From Candidatus Dojkabacteria bacterium (GTDB lineage Bacteria; Patescibacteriota; Dojkabacteria; SC72; JAFGCJ01), in contig JAFGCJ010000001.1 in assembly GCA_016932785.1 (NCBI GenBank), forward strand, positions 10,909 through 74,908: a stretch of DNA of 64,000 nt, given 5' to 3'. The position numbers and the translations under genes were made by a program. Below, piece after piece: positions 19,050-28,437 of the stretch (position 1 is its first letter; each line of letters begins with the position of its first letter). The notes below the pieces were generated by a model. That model did no database searches, was not told the DNA's origin, and saw nothing but the letters and a program-made list of their open reading frames with translations.

Positions 19050-19180
19050 GGTCTGACCCCCGTTGGGTCTGTCCCCTTAAAAAAACTTGTTTTTGCATTC
19101 TTTTAATAGAAATTTCATTAAAAAACAGGCCGAAGACTGTATAAACAGGGGTCAGACCTGTTGGGGGTCAGACCCCCAAC
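19049..19180. repeat. Gene-less REP-like doublet: two inverted ~28-33-bp G/C-rich elements around a ~70-bp AT-rich spacer
   Basis: Left arm gggtctgacccccgttgggtctgtcccc (19049-19076). Right arm ggggtcagacctgttgggggtcagacccccaac (19147-19180). Both are near-identical to the elements flanking the RAYT gene at 60309-60330 and 60835-60873. Confidence 0.75.
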
Positions 19181-19239
19181 TATAGGATTCTCCGCTTCCA
19201 TTGGACATTTACAACACCTCAATATATACTGTTACCACT

Positions 19240-21831
19240 ATGGAAATAGTATTTGTTGGATTGTTTGTAATAGGGCTCGGAATACTTGTATACCTTATCT
19301 TTTTCCGAAAAAAAGAGGAAGAAATTGTATTTGAAGAGGTAAGGGATCCCGTTGTTATACATATTGCTGTCCCGAGACAAAACGATAAAACTCCTCTTGC
19401 GGCTGAGCAGATGTTTGCGTCTCTTCATGGTATTTTGAGAGATAATAAAAGATCTACTGATTTTCTAAGTTTTGAGATTGTTTCAGATAAGGGGCAGGGG
19501 GTTAATTTCTATGCTGTTGTTCCGGGGTATCTTGTGAAATTTGTTGAAGGGCAGATCTATGCTCAATATCCAAATGCCGAAATAGCTGTGGTCAACGATT
19601 ATATTGATGTTGCGGTTTCTGGTGCTGATCCGTCAACGTACAGTCCGTACATTTCTACAGGGGAAATAGAGTTAGCAAAAGACTTCATTTTTCCAATAAA
19701 GACCTTTCGTGATTTCGATGTAGATCCACTTTCTGCTATCACAAGTGCTCTTTCGGCGGTAGAGGATGGAGAACAAGTCATGATTCAGATTTTAATACGT
19801 CCTGTGGCCAATTACTGGCAGGATTGGGCTAAAGAGTATATTGAAGCCGTTCGTGAAGGGAAAGACCCTTCTGTAAAGTCTGGTGGGTTGTTGGGTTCAA
19901 TGGCTAAGGGGGTGTTTAGTGTTATAGTGGGTGCTCTGGATGTGTTTATGGGACCTTCCTCGGATGGATCCGGTAGGCCTGAGCAGAAGCCTGTAGTAAA
20001 ATTACTACCAGGGCAGGAGGAGGAGCTTACCCAAATTAGTGAAAAGATGACAAGGGTCGGTTTTGAAGTTGCGGTTAGAGTAATTATAAAGGCATTGGAT
20101 GCAGGTAGGTCCGAACAGTTGCTGAGAGATGTTATAGCATCGTTTAAGCAGTTTACCACGGCTAATCTGAACGGATTTACTCAGTCCAAAGTTAATAAGA
20201 CTGGGTCTCAAATGTATGATGAGTATCGTAGTAGATATTTGAGTGCTGACTGTACAGATATTCTTACAATCTCTGAGCTTGCATCCTTATATCATCTTCC
20301 TAATATTTCAGTTGAGACTCCCAATATTAGCTGGTCAAGAGCAAAGAAGTCTGAGCCTCCAATGAATCTTCCTGTTGAAGATGCGACAATTTTTGCTGAG
20401 ACTGACTTTAGGGAGAGGCGTCAACAGTTTGGTATAAAAAAGGGAGATAGAAGACTTCACTTCTATTTGTTGGGGAAAACAGGCAGCGGCAAGTCTACAG
20501 TTTTTAAGAATATGATAACCTCGGATATTCTAGCTGGGGAAGGTGTGGCGGTCATTGATCCACACGGAGAGCTGGTAGAAGATCTCCTTAATTTTATTCC
20601 CTCAAATAGAATAAATGATGTTGTGTATTTTGATCCTGCAGATGTTGATAATCCAATAGGTTTTAATCTCCTGGAGCTTGATGATCAGGATCAGAGGGAT
20701 ATGGTTGCGGATGGGGTGGTTGAGGTTTTCAAAAAACATTTTGAGTATTCCTGGGGGCCGAGACTTCAATATGTTCTCACAAACGCTATTTTGACTATTC
20801 TGGAGGCTCAAGGACAGACGTTATTGGCAGTTCAGCGTATGCTTATTGATAAAAATTTCAGGAAGTTTGTGTTGAAGCAGGTAAAAGATCCGCTTCTTTT
20901 GAAGTTCTGGAATGACGAATATGCCAAAATGGAGACAAATTCCCGGCTTATTACAGAGGCTGTTGCGCCTATTCAGAATAAGGTTGGGAGGTTTCTAGCC
21001 TCTGCGACAATTAGAAATATTGTTGGTCAGGTTAAGTCTACAATCAATCTTAGAGAGATTATGGATGAGGGGAAAATTTTTCTTGTAAACCTGTCGCAGG
21101 GTAGACTCGGAGAGGAGAGTAGTGCTTTGCTTGGTGGAATGATCGTGACGAGACTTCAGACCACTGCTATGGAGAGGGTTGATACGGCTATGGAGAAAAG
21201 GCGTGACTTTTTCATGTTTGTTGATGAGTTTCAAAACTATGCTACGGACTCTTTTGCAAAGATATTGTCTGAGGCGCGAAAGTATCGGCTATGTCTGCAT
21301 CTTACCCATCAGTATATTGACCAGTTGCCGGAGAATGTCCGTACTGCCATATTTGGAAATGTTGGAACACTGGCGAGCTTTGTTGTCGGTCCAACTGATG
21401 CGATGGTTCTTGCCAAGGAGTTTGCTCCCGTCTTTGATGAAGAGGATATGGTGTCACTCGAGCGATACGCAATGTATCTCAAGTTGTCAATTGATGGTAT
21501 GGTATCAATACCGTTTAGTGCAAGGTCTCTAGATGTGAGGTACGAGCCTGGAAGCAACAGAGAAACGGTACTTCAGGTTTCCCGGGAGAGATATGGACGA
21601 CCTAGAGATGTTGTTGAGGATAAGATTAATCGTTGGTCCGGACAGACATATAGTGAGAAGGGAAATAGATCTGTAATGAGTGATGGAGAAGACCGGGAAA
21701 AAGGACGAGATTCAGAAAGAAAAGGGACCCAAGGTGATAATCGTAGTAAATCTGGAGGTTCAAATAAACGTAGCAACAATAATAGATCTTCTAGTGGTGG
21801 AAAAACCAGATCCAAAGATCCGAATTCCTAG
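19240..21831 (+). CDS. Membrane-anchored TraD/VirD4/HerA-like (FtsK-HerA superfamily) P-loop ATPase
   Basis: N-terminal TM segment (EIVFVGLFVIGLGILVYLIFF), Walker A LLGKTGSGKST and Walker B FFMFVDEFQNY. The C-terminal tail is S/R/K-rich and low-complexity. The ATG at 19240 is preferred over the TTG at 19201. Confidence 0.65.
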   Translation: MEIVFVGLFVIGLGILVYLIFFRKKEEEIVFEEVRDPVVIHIAVPRQNDKTPLAAEQMFASLHGILRDNKRSTDFLSFEIVSDKGQGVNFYAVVPGYLVKFVEGQIYAQYPNAEIAVVNDYIDVAVSGADPSTYSPYISTGEIELAKDFIFPIKTFRDFDVDPLSAITSALSAVEDGEQVMIQILIRPVANYWQDWAKEYIEAVREGKDPSVKSGGLLGSMAKGVFSVIVGALDVFMGPSSDGSGRPEQKPVVKLLPGQEEELTQISEKMTRVGFEVAVRVIIKALDAGRSEQLLRDVIASFKQFTTANLNGFTQSKVNKTGSQMYDEYRSRYLSADCTDILTISELASLYHLPNISVETPNISWSRAKKSEPPMNLPVEDATIFAETDFRERRQQFGIKKGDRRLHFYLLGKTGSGKSTVFKNMITSDILAGEGVAVIDPHGELVEDLLNFIPSNRINDVVYFDPADVDNPIGFNLLELDDQDQRDMVADGVVEVFKKHFEYSWGPRLQYVLTNAILTILEAQGQTLLAVQRMLIDKNFRKFVLKQVKDPLLLKFWNDEYAKMETNSRLITEAVAPIQNKVGRFLASATIRNIVGQVKSTINLREIMDEGKIFLVNLSQGRLGEESSALLGGMIVTRLQTTAMERVDTAMEKRRDFFMFVDEFQNYATDSFAKILSEARKYRLCLHLTHQYIDQLPENVRTAIFGNVGTLASFVVGPTDAMVLAKEFAPVFDEEDMVSLERYAMYLKLSIDGMVSIPFSARSLDVRYEPGSNRETVLQVSRERYGRPRDVVEDKINRWSGQTYSEKGNRSVMSDGEDREKGRDSERKGTQGDNRSKSGGSNKRSNNNRSSSGGKTRSKDPNS

Positions 21832-21896
21832 TTTCAATAGTGTTTATGAAGTTAAAGAGTTATAATCATGTGTAACTAATTTGATAAGTGTAAGGT

Positions 21897-22691
21897 ATGT
21901 CGGGACATTCTAAATGGTCAACAATCAAACATAAGAAGGCCGCTCAGGACGCGAAGAAGGGTAAGATATTCACCAAACTTGGTCGTGCAATAACGATAGC
22001 TGCGAGGGAGGGCGGGGGAGATATTGAAACGAATTTTGCACTTAGACTTGCCGTGGACTCAGCTAAGCGTTCAAGTATGCCTCAGGATAACATTGAGAGA
22101 GCAATAAATCGTGGTACGGGAGAGGGTGATGAGGGTGTTAAAATGGAGCGTGCCGTTTATGGAGGGTATGGACCTGGAGGAATAGCTGTCGCCGTTGACG
22201 TTTTTACAGATAATAAGAACCGGACAGTCAGTGAATTGCGGAAGATATTCGAGAGCCACGGCGGTAGTCTTTCAGATGCCAGCTCGGTGCTTTGGCAGTT
22301 CAAGGAGAAGGGTAAGCTTATTGTGAAATGTGCAAAGCTTGAGAAGTCAGAAAAGTATGGCGAAGAAGATAAGGAGGTTCCGGTAGAGCGAAACGAGGTT
22401 ATGATGAAACTTATGGATGTTGACGGTATAGAGGATGTTTCAGAGTACGATGAAGAAGGAGGTGATAATTTTAAATTCTGCGAAGTCGTTACTGAACCGA
22501 AGAAACTCGCTAAGGTGAGAAATGATATTGATAAGTTAGGATATATTGTTGATAGTGCTGAAATGGCTAAGATACCAGATAACACTCAGTCCGTGGACGA
22601 TGCTGCCGCAGAGAAGCTGAGGGCACTTTTTGAGGATCTTGATGATCATGACGACGTTGAGAATATATGGTTTAATGCTGATGATATATAA
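21897..22691 (+). CDS. yebC: YebC/PmpR-family DNA-binding regulator
   Basis: MSGHSKWSTIKHKKAAQDAKKGKIFTKLGRAITIAAREGGGD... is the canonical YebC N-terminus. Confidence 0.9.
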   Translation: MSGHSKWSTIKHKKAAQDAKKGKIFTKLGRAITIAAREGGGDIETNFALRLAVDSAKRSSMPQDNIERAINRGTGEGDEGVKMERAVYGGYGPGGIAVAVDVFTDNKNRTVSELRKIFESHGGSLSDASSVLWQFKEKGKLIVKCAKLEKSEKYGEEDKEVPVERNEVMMKLMDVDGIEDVSEYDEEGGDNFKFCEVVTEPKKLAKVRNDIDKLGYIVDSAEMAKIPDNTQSVDDAAAEKLRALFEDLDDHDDVENIWFNADDI

Positions 22692-22713
22692 ATTCTTCTG
22701 TGATGATATTTAG

Positions 22714-23229
22714 ATGAGAGTGTTGGGGATTGATCCTGGGGTTGCTCTTACAGGCTGGGGTGTGATTGAAGAAAATTCTGGTTCTTCGACTGGACTAAAA
22801 ATGCTTGACTTTGGAGTTGTTAGAACCGATAAAAACGTTCCACATGCTGATCGCTTGGCGCTTATTTATAAAGAAATACAGAGCATTGTTAAAAAATATA
22901 GCCCAGAAATTGTAGCTGTCGAGCAATTATTTTTTTGTAAAAATTTAAAGACGGCTATTTCTGTGGGCGAGGCTAGGGGAGTTGTGCTTTTGGTTATTGC
23001 AAAGGCTCATATACCGATTAAAGAATTTACTCCTCTTCAAATTAAGGAAGCAGTTTGCGGATATGGGAAGGCGGAAAAGCAACAGGTCCAGAAGATGGTG
23101 GCATCGCTTCTTGATATGAAGGATATTCCTAGACCAGATGATGCCGCTGATGGCCTGGCTGTTGCAATATGTTGTGCGAACTCTGTTAAAATTGAACAGA
23201 AGATAAATTTGAATTCCGTAAACACGTGA
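22714..23229 (+). CDS. ruvC: Holliday junction resolvase RuvC
   Basis: MRVLGIDPG...GWGVI, VAVEQLFF, and PDDAADGLAVAICC. Confidence 0.9.
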   Translation: MRVLGIDPGVALTGWGVIEENSGSSTGLKMLDFGVVRTDKNVPHADRLALIYKEIQSIVKKYSPEIVAVEQLFFCKNLKTAISVGEARGVVLLVIAKAHIPIKEFTPLQIKEAVCGYGKAEKQQVQKMVASLLDMKDIPRPDDAADGLAVAICCANSVKIEQKINLNSVNT

Positions 23230-23834
23230 TTTCGTATCTAAAAGGTAAGATCGTTGAAATTGGTGAGTCATACCTAGTTGTCTCGGATGCTTCTGGAGTA
23301 GGGTATAAGGTTTATGTGCCTGTTGAATCTGAGCCTTGGGTCAGTCTTGAATCAGAACAGGAGGTAGAGGTATATACCAGTCAGTATTTTCGTGAGAATG
23401 AACAGGGTTTATTTGGCTTCACATCTCCTGAGGAGCGAAATTTTTTTGAATTGCTAATAACCGTTTCTGGAGTCGGTCCGAAACTTGCGTCGACCTTGCT
23501 TGCAAATCTTGAGCATAAGGCCCTTGCTCAGATGATAGTCGAGGAGGACGTTCCAGGTATATCAAAGGTCCCTGGTATCGGCAAAAAGATGGCTGAAAGG
23601 CTTATCGTTGATCTTAGAGATAAAGTTTTTGGCTTTGAGAAAGGGTCTTCTGGTAAAAAACCGGTGGGCAGCTCAGAAGAAGTGGCTTTTCTTTCCCAGG
23701 CATTGGTAAGACTGGGCTTTGATAAACGTGAAATTGATGTAATGATTGATGAAGCTCAAGAGCTTTTTGTTGATGGTAAATCTGTGGAGGATGTGCTAAA
23801 AGATCTTCTTAGTCAAAGTAATCCCACCAGGTAG
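23226..23834 (+). CDS. ruvA: Holliday junction branch-migration complex subunit RuvA
   Basis: ISYLKGKI... and LITVSGVGPKLA...VPGIGKKMAERLIVDLRDK (the HhH motifs). GTG start overlapping the ruvC stop by 4 nt. Confidence 0.88.
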   Translation: MISYLKGKIVEIGESYLVVSDASGVGYKVYVPVESEPWVSLESEQEVEVYTSQYFRENEQGLFGFTSPEERNFFELLITVSGVGPKLASTLLANLEHKALAQMIVEEDVPGISKVPGIGKKMAERLIVDLRDKVFGFEKGSSGKKPVGSSEEVAFLSQALVRLGFDKREIDVMIDEAQELFVDGKSVEDVLKDLLSQSNPTR

Positions 23835-23901
23835 ATAAAGCGGGTTTTCCCTTCGGTGTATTCGGCTGTTTACTGTCTCAGGTGTGGTACAATATCCACT
23901 G

Positions 23902-24978
23902 ATGAATGCAAAGAAAGACGAATCCGTCGATGAAAATAGACTGCTTTCCGGTACTCCTCAAGATGAAGAGGAAAAAGAAGAGGTTACTCTTAGGCCTCAG
24001 GTCTTTGGAGACATAATTGGACGGAAGGATGAATGTGAGGCTATAAGGATTTTGATTGATGCGGCCAAGCAGCGGAAAGAGGCAGTAGATCATATACTTT
24101 TCCATGGTCCTCCAGGACTTGGGAAAACAACATTTGCCCATGTGGTTGCAAACGAAATGAGCTCTCAGATTAGAGTAACCTCTGGTCCGGCTATCGAGCG
24201 TCAGGGAGATCTTGCTGCCATTTTGACAAATCTTCAGCCAAATGATGTTTTATTTATTGATGAAATCCATAGATTGAAGCGAGGTATAGAGGAAATTCTT
24301 TATCCGGCCATGGAGGATTTCATGCTTGATTTTATTGTAGGGAAGGGGCCCTCTGCGCGGTCTGTAAGACTGAAACTTGCACATTTTACCTTAATCGGTG
24401 CTACCACGAAGATTGGATCTATTAGTTCCCCTCTTAGGGATCGATTTGGATTTGTTCAGAGATTGGATTACTTTGATGACTCTGATATTTCCGACTTGAT
24501 AATCAGGGCTGCGGGAATCTTGAGTCTTTCTATAGATAAGAGTGGCGCAGCCGAGATTGCCAGAAGATCTAGGGGAACGGCACGTGTTGCTCAAAGGATG
24601 CTCAAAAGAGTTAGAGATTACAGTCAGGTTGTTGGATCAAATGGAACTATTGATAAGAATATGGCCAGTAATGCTTTAGATAAGTTGGGAGTTGATGAGA
24701 TCGGACTCGATGATCTAGACCGAAAGATTCTTCGTGCGATCATTGAGAAATACTCCGGGGGACCTGTTGGTCTTTCTACTATAGCAGCAGCGGTTTCTGA
24801 AGAGCTTGAGACGATAGCTGATGTTTATGAACCATTTTTGATGCAAAAGGGACTTATAAAGAGAACTTCACGCGGCAGGGTGGCTACAGAGCTAGCGTAC
24901 ACTCATTTAGGACTTGAAGAGGAATGGAAAGGATCTGAAGAGCAGGATAAGAGTAAGGGACAACAAAGTTTAATCTAA
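23902..24978 (+). CDS. ruvB: Holliday junction branch-migration ATPase RuvB
   Basis: LRPQVFGDIIGRKD, HILFHGPPGLGKTTFA, VLFIDEIHRL, and TLIGATTK...PLRDRFG. The ATG at 23902 is preferred over the GTG at 23884. Confidence 0.93.
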   Translation: MNAKKDESVDENRLLSGTPQDEEEKEEVTLRPQVFGDIIGRKDECEAIRILIDAAKQRKEAVDHILFHGPPGLGKTTFAHVVANEMSSQIRVTSGPAIERQGDLAAILTNLQPNDVLFIDEIHRLKRGIEEILYPAMEDFMLDFIVGKGPSARSVRLKLAHFTLIGATTKIGSISSPLRDRFGFVQRLDYFDDSDISDLIIRAAGILSLSIDKSGAAEIARRSRGTARVAQRMLKRVRDYSQVVGSNGTIDKNMASNALDKLGVDEIGLDDLDRKILRAIIEKYSGGPVGLSTIAAAVSEELETIADVYEPFLMQKGLIKRTSRGRVATELAYTHLGLEEEWKGSEEQDKSKGQQSLI

Positions 24979-24990
24979 TTTCTATTGTCG

Positions 24991-26016
24991 ATGTTTGGAA
25001 TATCGTTAGGAAAAAAGAAGAAAGAGAAAATTGTTCCTCAGGTAAAAAGAGGCAATGGAGGTAATAATATAATTGAGAAGACGGTTCATGATACTGGGAA
25101 AAAGAAGGCGCCAGGTAAGCAGGAGTCAGTTTTTACAGATTTTTCGTCTGTAATTACCGGATCATTATCTGGAGGAAATGTCCCTTCACAGGTACGGGAT
25201 CCTGGTAAGCGTCAGAGAGTAATTGCTATCGCCGCTATAATTTCAGTATTGTTGTTTGTAATAAGGGTTTGGGGTTCGAGTGATTGGGTTTTCTGGGGAG
25301 CTGTTTATGTTGCAGTTGGTGCCGCATTATTAACTTATGTTGGATTGATCTGGGCCTTTAGGTTTCAGCTTAATAGAAGAGGGTACACGGTAGTTCTACC
25401 TCAGCCGGCGATGTATGCATTTAGCGCTGTTTTGTTTGTTGAGATATTTTTCTTTCAAGAATTTGAGCGTATTTATGAGTCTCTTATCTTTGGGCTGTTA
25501 TTGTTAGCGCTGTTTGTCTCACTTGTGACCTCTTTTTTGACGGCAAATGTTCTCAATGTTGCTACAATAAAAAAGATACCTCTTATTCGTGTAGCTCACA
25601 CGTCATCTTATATAATTTCTCTTTTAATAACGTACTTTATTTCTTTTTCCGCGATAACCAGCGGATTAGATGTATGGTTTCTTATTCCCATCCTTGCAGT
25701 TACCTATCTTGTTGTTTGTGGGCTTCATCTGGCCCATTTTCCACTTATAAGGAGCTATTTGATTTGGTATTCTGTTGGCATAGCTTTGTCCGCAGTCATG
25801 TTGGTTTCAGCCTTTCTTTTTTGGCCGTTGAGTGCCCTGATGGTAGCTCTAATACCGACGGTTGTTATCTATGTAGGACTTGGAATAATAATGCATAAAC
25901 TTGATAAAACTCTTAACTCCAGGTTGGGCTGGGAGTTTGGAATTCTTATAGGTGTCGTGCTTGTACTTTTTGCAATAAGGGCAAAGTGGGGAATAGGGGG
26001 ATACTTCTGGTCTTAA
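24991..26016 (+). CDS. Multi-pass membrane protein, function unknown
   Basis: About 80-aa polar N-terminus followed by about 7-8 hydrophobic segments. I recognise no motif. Confidence 0.5.
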   Translation: MFGISLGKKKKEKIVPQVKRGNGGNNIIEKTVHDTGKKKAPGKQESVFTDFSSVITGSLSGGNVPSQVRDPGKRQRVIAIAAIISVLLFVIRVWGSSDWVFWGAVYVAVGAALLTYVGLIWAFRFQLNRRGYTVVLPQPAMYAFSAVLFVEIFFFQEFERIYESLIFGLLLLALFVSLVTSFLTANVLNVATIKKIPLIRVAHTSSYIISLLITYFISFSAITSGLDVWFLIPILAVTYLVVCGLHLAHFPLIRSYLIWYSVGIALSAVMLVSAFLFWPLSALMVALIPTVVIYVGLGIIMHKLDKTLNSRLGWEFGILIGVVLVLFAIRAKWGIGGYFWS

Positions 26017-27054
26017 AGATTCTTTTTCTAATGGCTCGAAAGGTGGAAAGTAGTCTCTAGATGGCTTGAGATTACTTCAGGATTTAGATCTGTGTAAATA
26101 TCTTTTTATAGTAGTATTTCTGTGAGTTTAGGCTTATCGAATACCAAAGACTTTATTATTTTACGGACATTTTCCAATATGTGTTGTAAAGAAATCCTAT
26201 GATAGAGACCCAGAGTGGGGGAGTATGGAGCTCGGACATGGCCATGTCCCATAGTATTATAATATCCCATAGTACAGTAAGCGGTGGAAAACTATAGGGT
26301 GTATTATTTAATTAATTATTTGATGACAATTCATTAAATAATTTGAAAAACGATGAGGTATGCCGTCAAAACTAAGACAAAGTAGGAGTCTTCAATCCTA
26401 GAATGCCTGATTTTTCCCCTTTCAAGGTTATGCATACCTTGGTACCTGGCAAAACAGTGTTGTGAAACAGTGTATAAGCGTAACATTCAGAGGTGGTTTG
26501 TGGATAAGATGCGGTAACACGTAAGAAGACCTTGTGAGTATGTTTTTTCGAGTGAACTATAGCGGTTGAGCAAAATAGATGTATTTTAGTAGTAGGTTGA
26601 TCTATGCTTATGATCTGCTTACTCCTATTTAAAGCCATAATTCTTATTTATTGCCCTTTTGGTATAAATATGCTAAATTTTCGATATATAACAACCGAGT
26701 ATAATCACCCTTATACTCAGTTTGGTGTGGAGGTGATGCGGGGTAGTACCTTGTTTGGCATGTTTTAATTTTTGTTATTTTGAAGGTGTTTGCTAAGTGT
26801 TTGTCGTCTCAAAAAGTTAATTCAGATGATTTAACCCCTACTTATTTCATGATTTATTTATTTTTATATGCTAGAATGCATATGTTGACAATTTGTGGCT
26901 TTGTAACAAGGTTTTGTTATGATTTTGGGGGTAAGGTGCCCTACTTTATCAAGGAAAATTGGGCAAATGGTCTCGAAAAGGCTTTTATTACAACGTATTT
27001 TGATAGTTATTATTGACTGGATCGGTGGTTTTTATCTTTAGAGATGTTTAGGAA

Positions 27055-28428
27055 ATGCTTTTAAACTACTATAAATTAACAGATCAGGATGAGTACATAC
27101 TGGAGTTGCAGAATAACAACTACAGTAATAGGACGATATACAACTATGACCGCGATTTAAGCATTTTCGCAAGGTTTCTTGATCATCAGGAGGTGGATTT
27201 TGATAAGGTTGATAAGAAGACGATTACTTATTATAAGGGATATCTGAAATCCGGAGAGCATCTGTCTGTGCATCCAAAAGATAAGGAGTTGCTGGATGAG
27301 GCACTTGAGAGGGTGTCGAAATTGGTTTCGGAAGAAGAAATCGACTCCGAGGAGAGGCATAATGCGGAAAACGCTGATATAATAGCAAAAAACAGCCAAA
27401 ATCGCTCTAGAGGGTCTAGAACACGCGAAAACTATTTTCAGGAGATACAACATATCCAGAAGACCTTAAAAATGTTGAAAAATAGGCCAGATCGTGCTCC
27501 GGGGCTTCCAGGGGGTATGCGAAGGACAGCTTTGTCCAGTTCGGGTTCGTCCGGGGGTGGACTCAGCAGTCGAAGTATCAATCGGATGTTGTCATCCGTT
27601 CGTTCATACCTGAAATGGCGGGTGGATTTCGATATGGATGTTCCAATTCCGCCCGAGGCAATAAAATTGATAAAAACAGAACGAAAAAAACCGCAAGTCG
27701 CTGAATTAAAAGATTTAGTTGCATTAATTGAATGTCCATCGAAATTTGAAAAAGATCCGCGGGTAGCTGCAAGAAACCGCGCTATGCTGGAGTTATTGTT
27801 CAGTACAGGCATGAGAATTTCTGAACTTGTGGGTTTGAATATGGATCAGATCAATGAGCAAGGTAAGATTTTCATTATGGGAAAAGGGAAAAAAGAGCGT
27901 TTTGTGTATCTGACGCCGAGGGCTACGCATTATTTGGTGGAGTACCTGAGAGTAAGGGATTTGGCTTTAGATGAGGTAAAAACTGATGATTCTGTTAGAG
28001 ACATAGATTTGACTGAGGGTGGTGATAAAGGCCGTATTGACGGTGATTCTAAAGGTAGTAAAGGAGTAGGGGCCCCTACTCCGCCCGATCTGAAGGGATT
28101 TTCTAGGGTTGCCGCTGTGCGAAAATCCGGTGAAGCGTTGTTTATCCCCTACCGCGGGGGCCGTGAAGGCAGTGTCGGATCAAGAATTTCTACGAATTAT
28201 TTACAGGAAAAAATCGCTGAATACCGGCAAAGACTTGGGATTGTTGTACCTACTTCAGCGCACAGTCTGAGACATGGTTTTGCTACGTACCTGGCAGAAA
28301 ATGGTGCTAGTCCGGCCGCAATTCAGGTTTTGCTTGGTCACGAGAGTTTACAGACGACGACTAGATATGTGCATGCATCTGATAGGTTTGCACAGGAGAC
28401 TCATGAGAAAAAGCATCCGTTGAGGTGA
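27055..28428 (+). CDS. Tyrosine recombinase/integrase (XerC/XerD-like) with low-complexity insertions
   Basis: N-terminal SAM-like core-binding motif (NYSNRTIYNYDRDLSIFARFL), GMRISELVGL (Arg), HSLRHGFATYL (H-x-x-R) and LLGHESLQTTTRYVH (His, Tyr nucleophile). At 457 aa it is longer than typical Xer proteins. Confidence 0.85.
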   Translation: MLLNYYKLTDQDEYILELQNNNYSNRTIYNYDRDLSIFARFLDHQEVDFDKVDKKTITYYKGYLKSGEHLSVHPKDKELLDEALERVSKLVSEEEIDSEERHNAENADIIAKNSQNRSRGSRTRENYFQEIQHIQKTLKMLKNRPDRAPGLPGGMRRTALSSSGSSGGGLSSRSINRMLSSVRSYLKWRVDFDMDVPIPPEAIKLIKTERKKPQVAELKDLVALIECPSKFEKDPRVAARNRAMLELLFSTGMRISELVGLNMDQINEQGKIFIMGKGKKERFVYLTPRATHYLVEYLRVRDLALDEVKTDDSVRDIDLTEGGDKGRIDGDSKGSKGVGAPTPPDLKGFSRVAAVRKSGEALFIPYRGGREGSVGSRISTNYLQEKIAEYRQRLGIVVPTSAHSLRHGFATYLAENGASPAAIQVLLGHESLQTTTRYVHASDRFAQETHEKKHPLR

Positions 28429-28437
28429 AGGGAGGAA

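Noticed and set aside
26372-27016. ORFs 26372-26638 (-) and 26780-27016 (+) in the long gap upstream of the integrase
   Set aside because: They are short and have no motifs. Their composition is atypical for the coding genes here. I treated the gap as non-coding, but cannot exclude a small protein.
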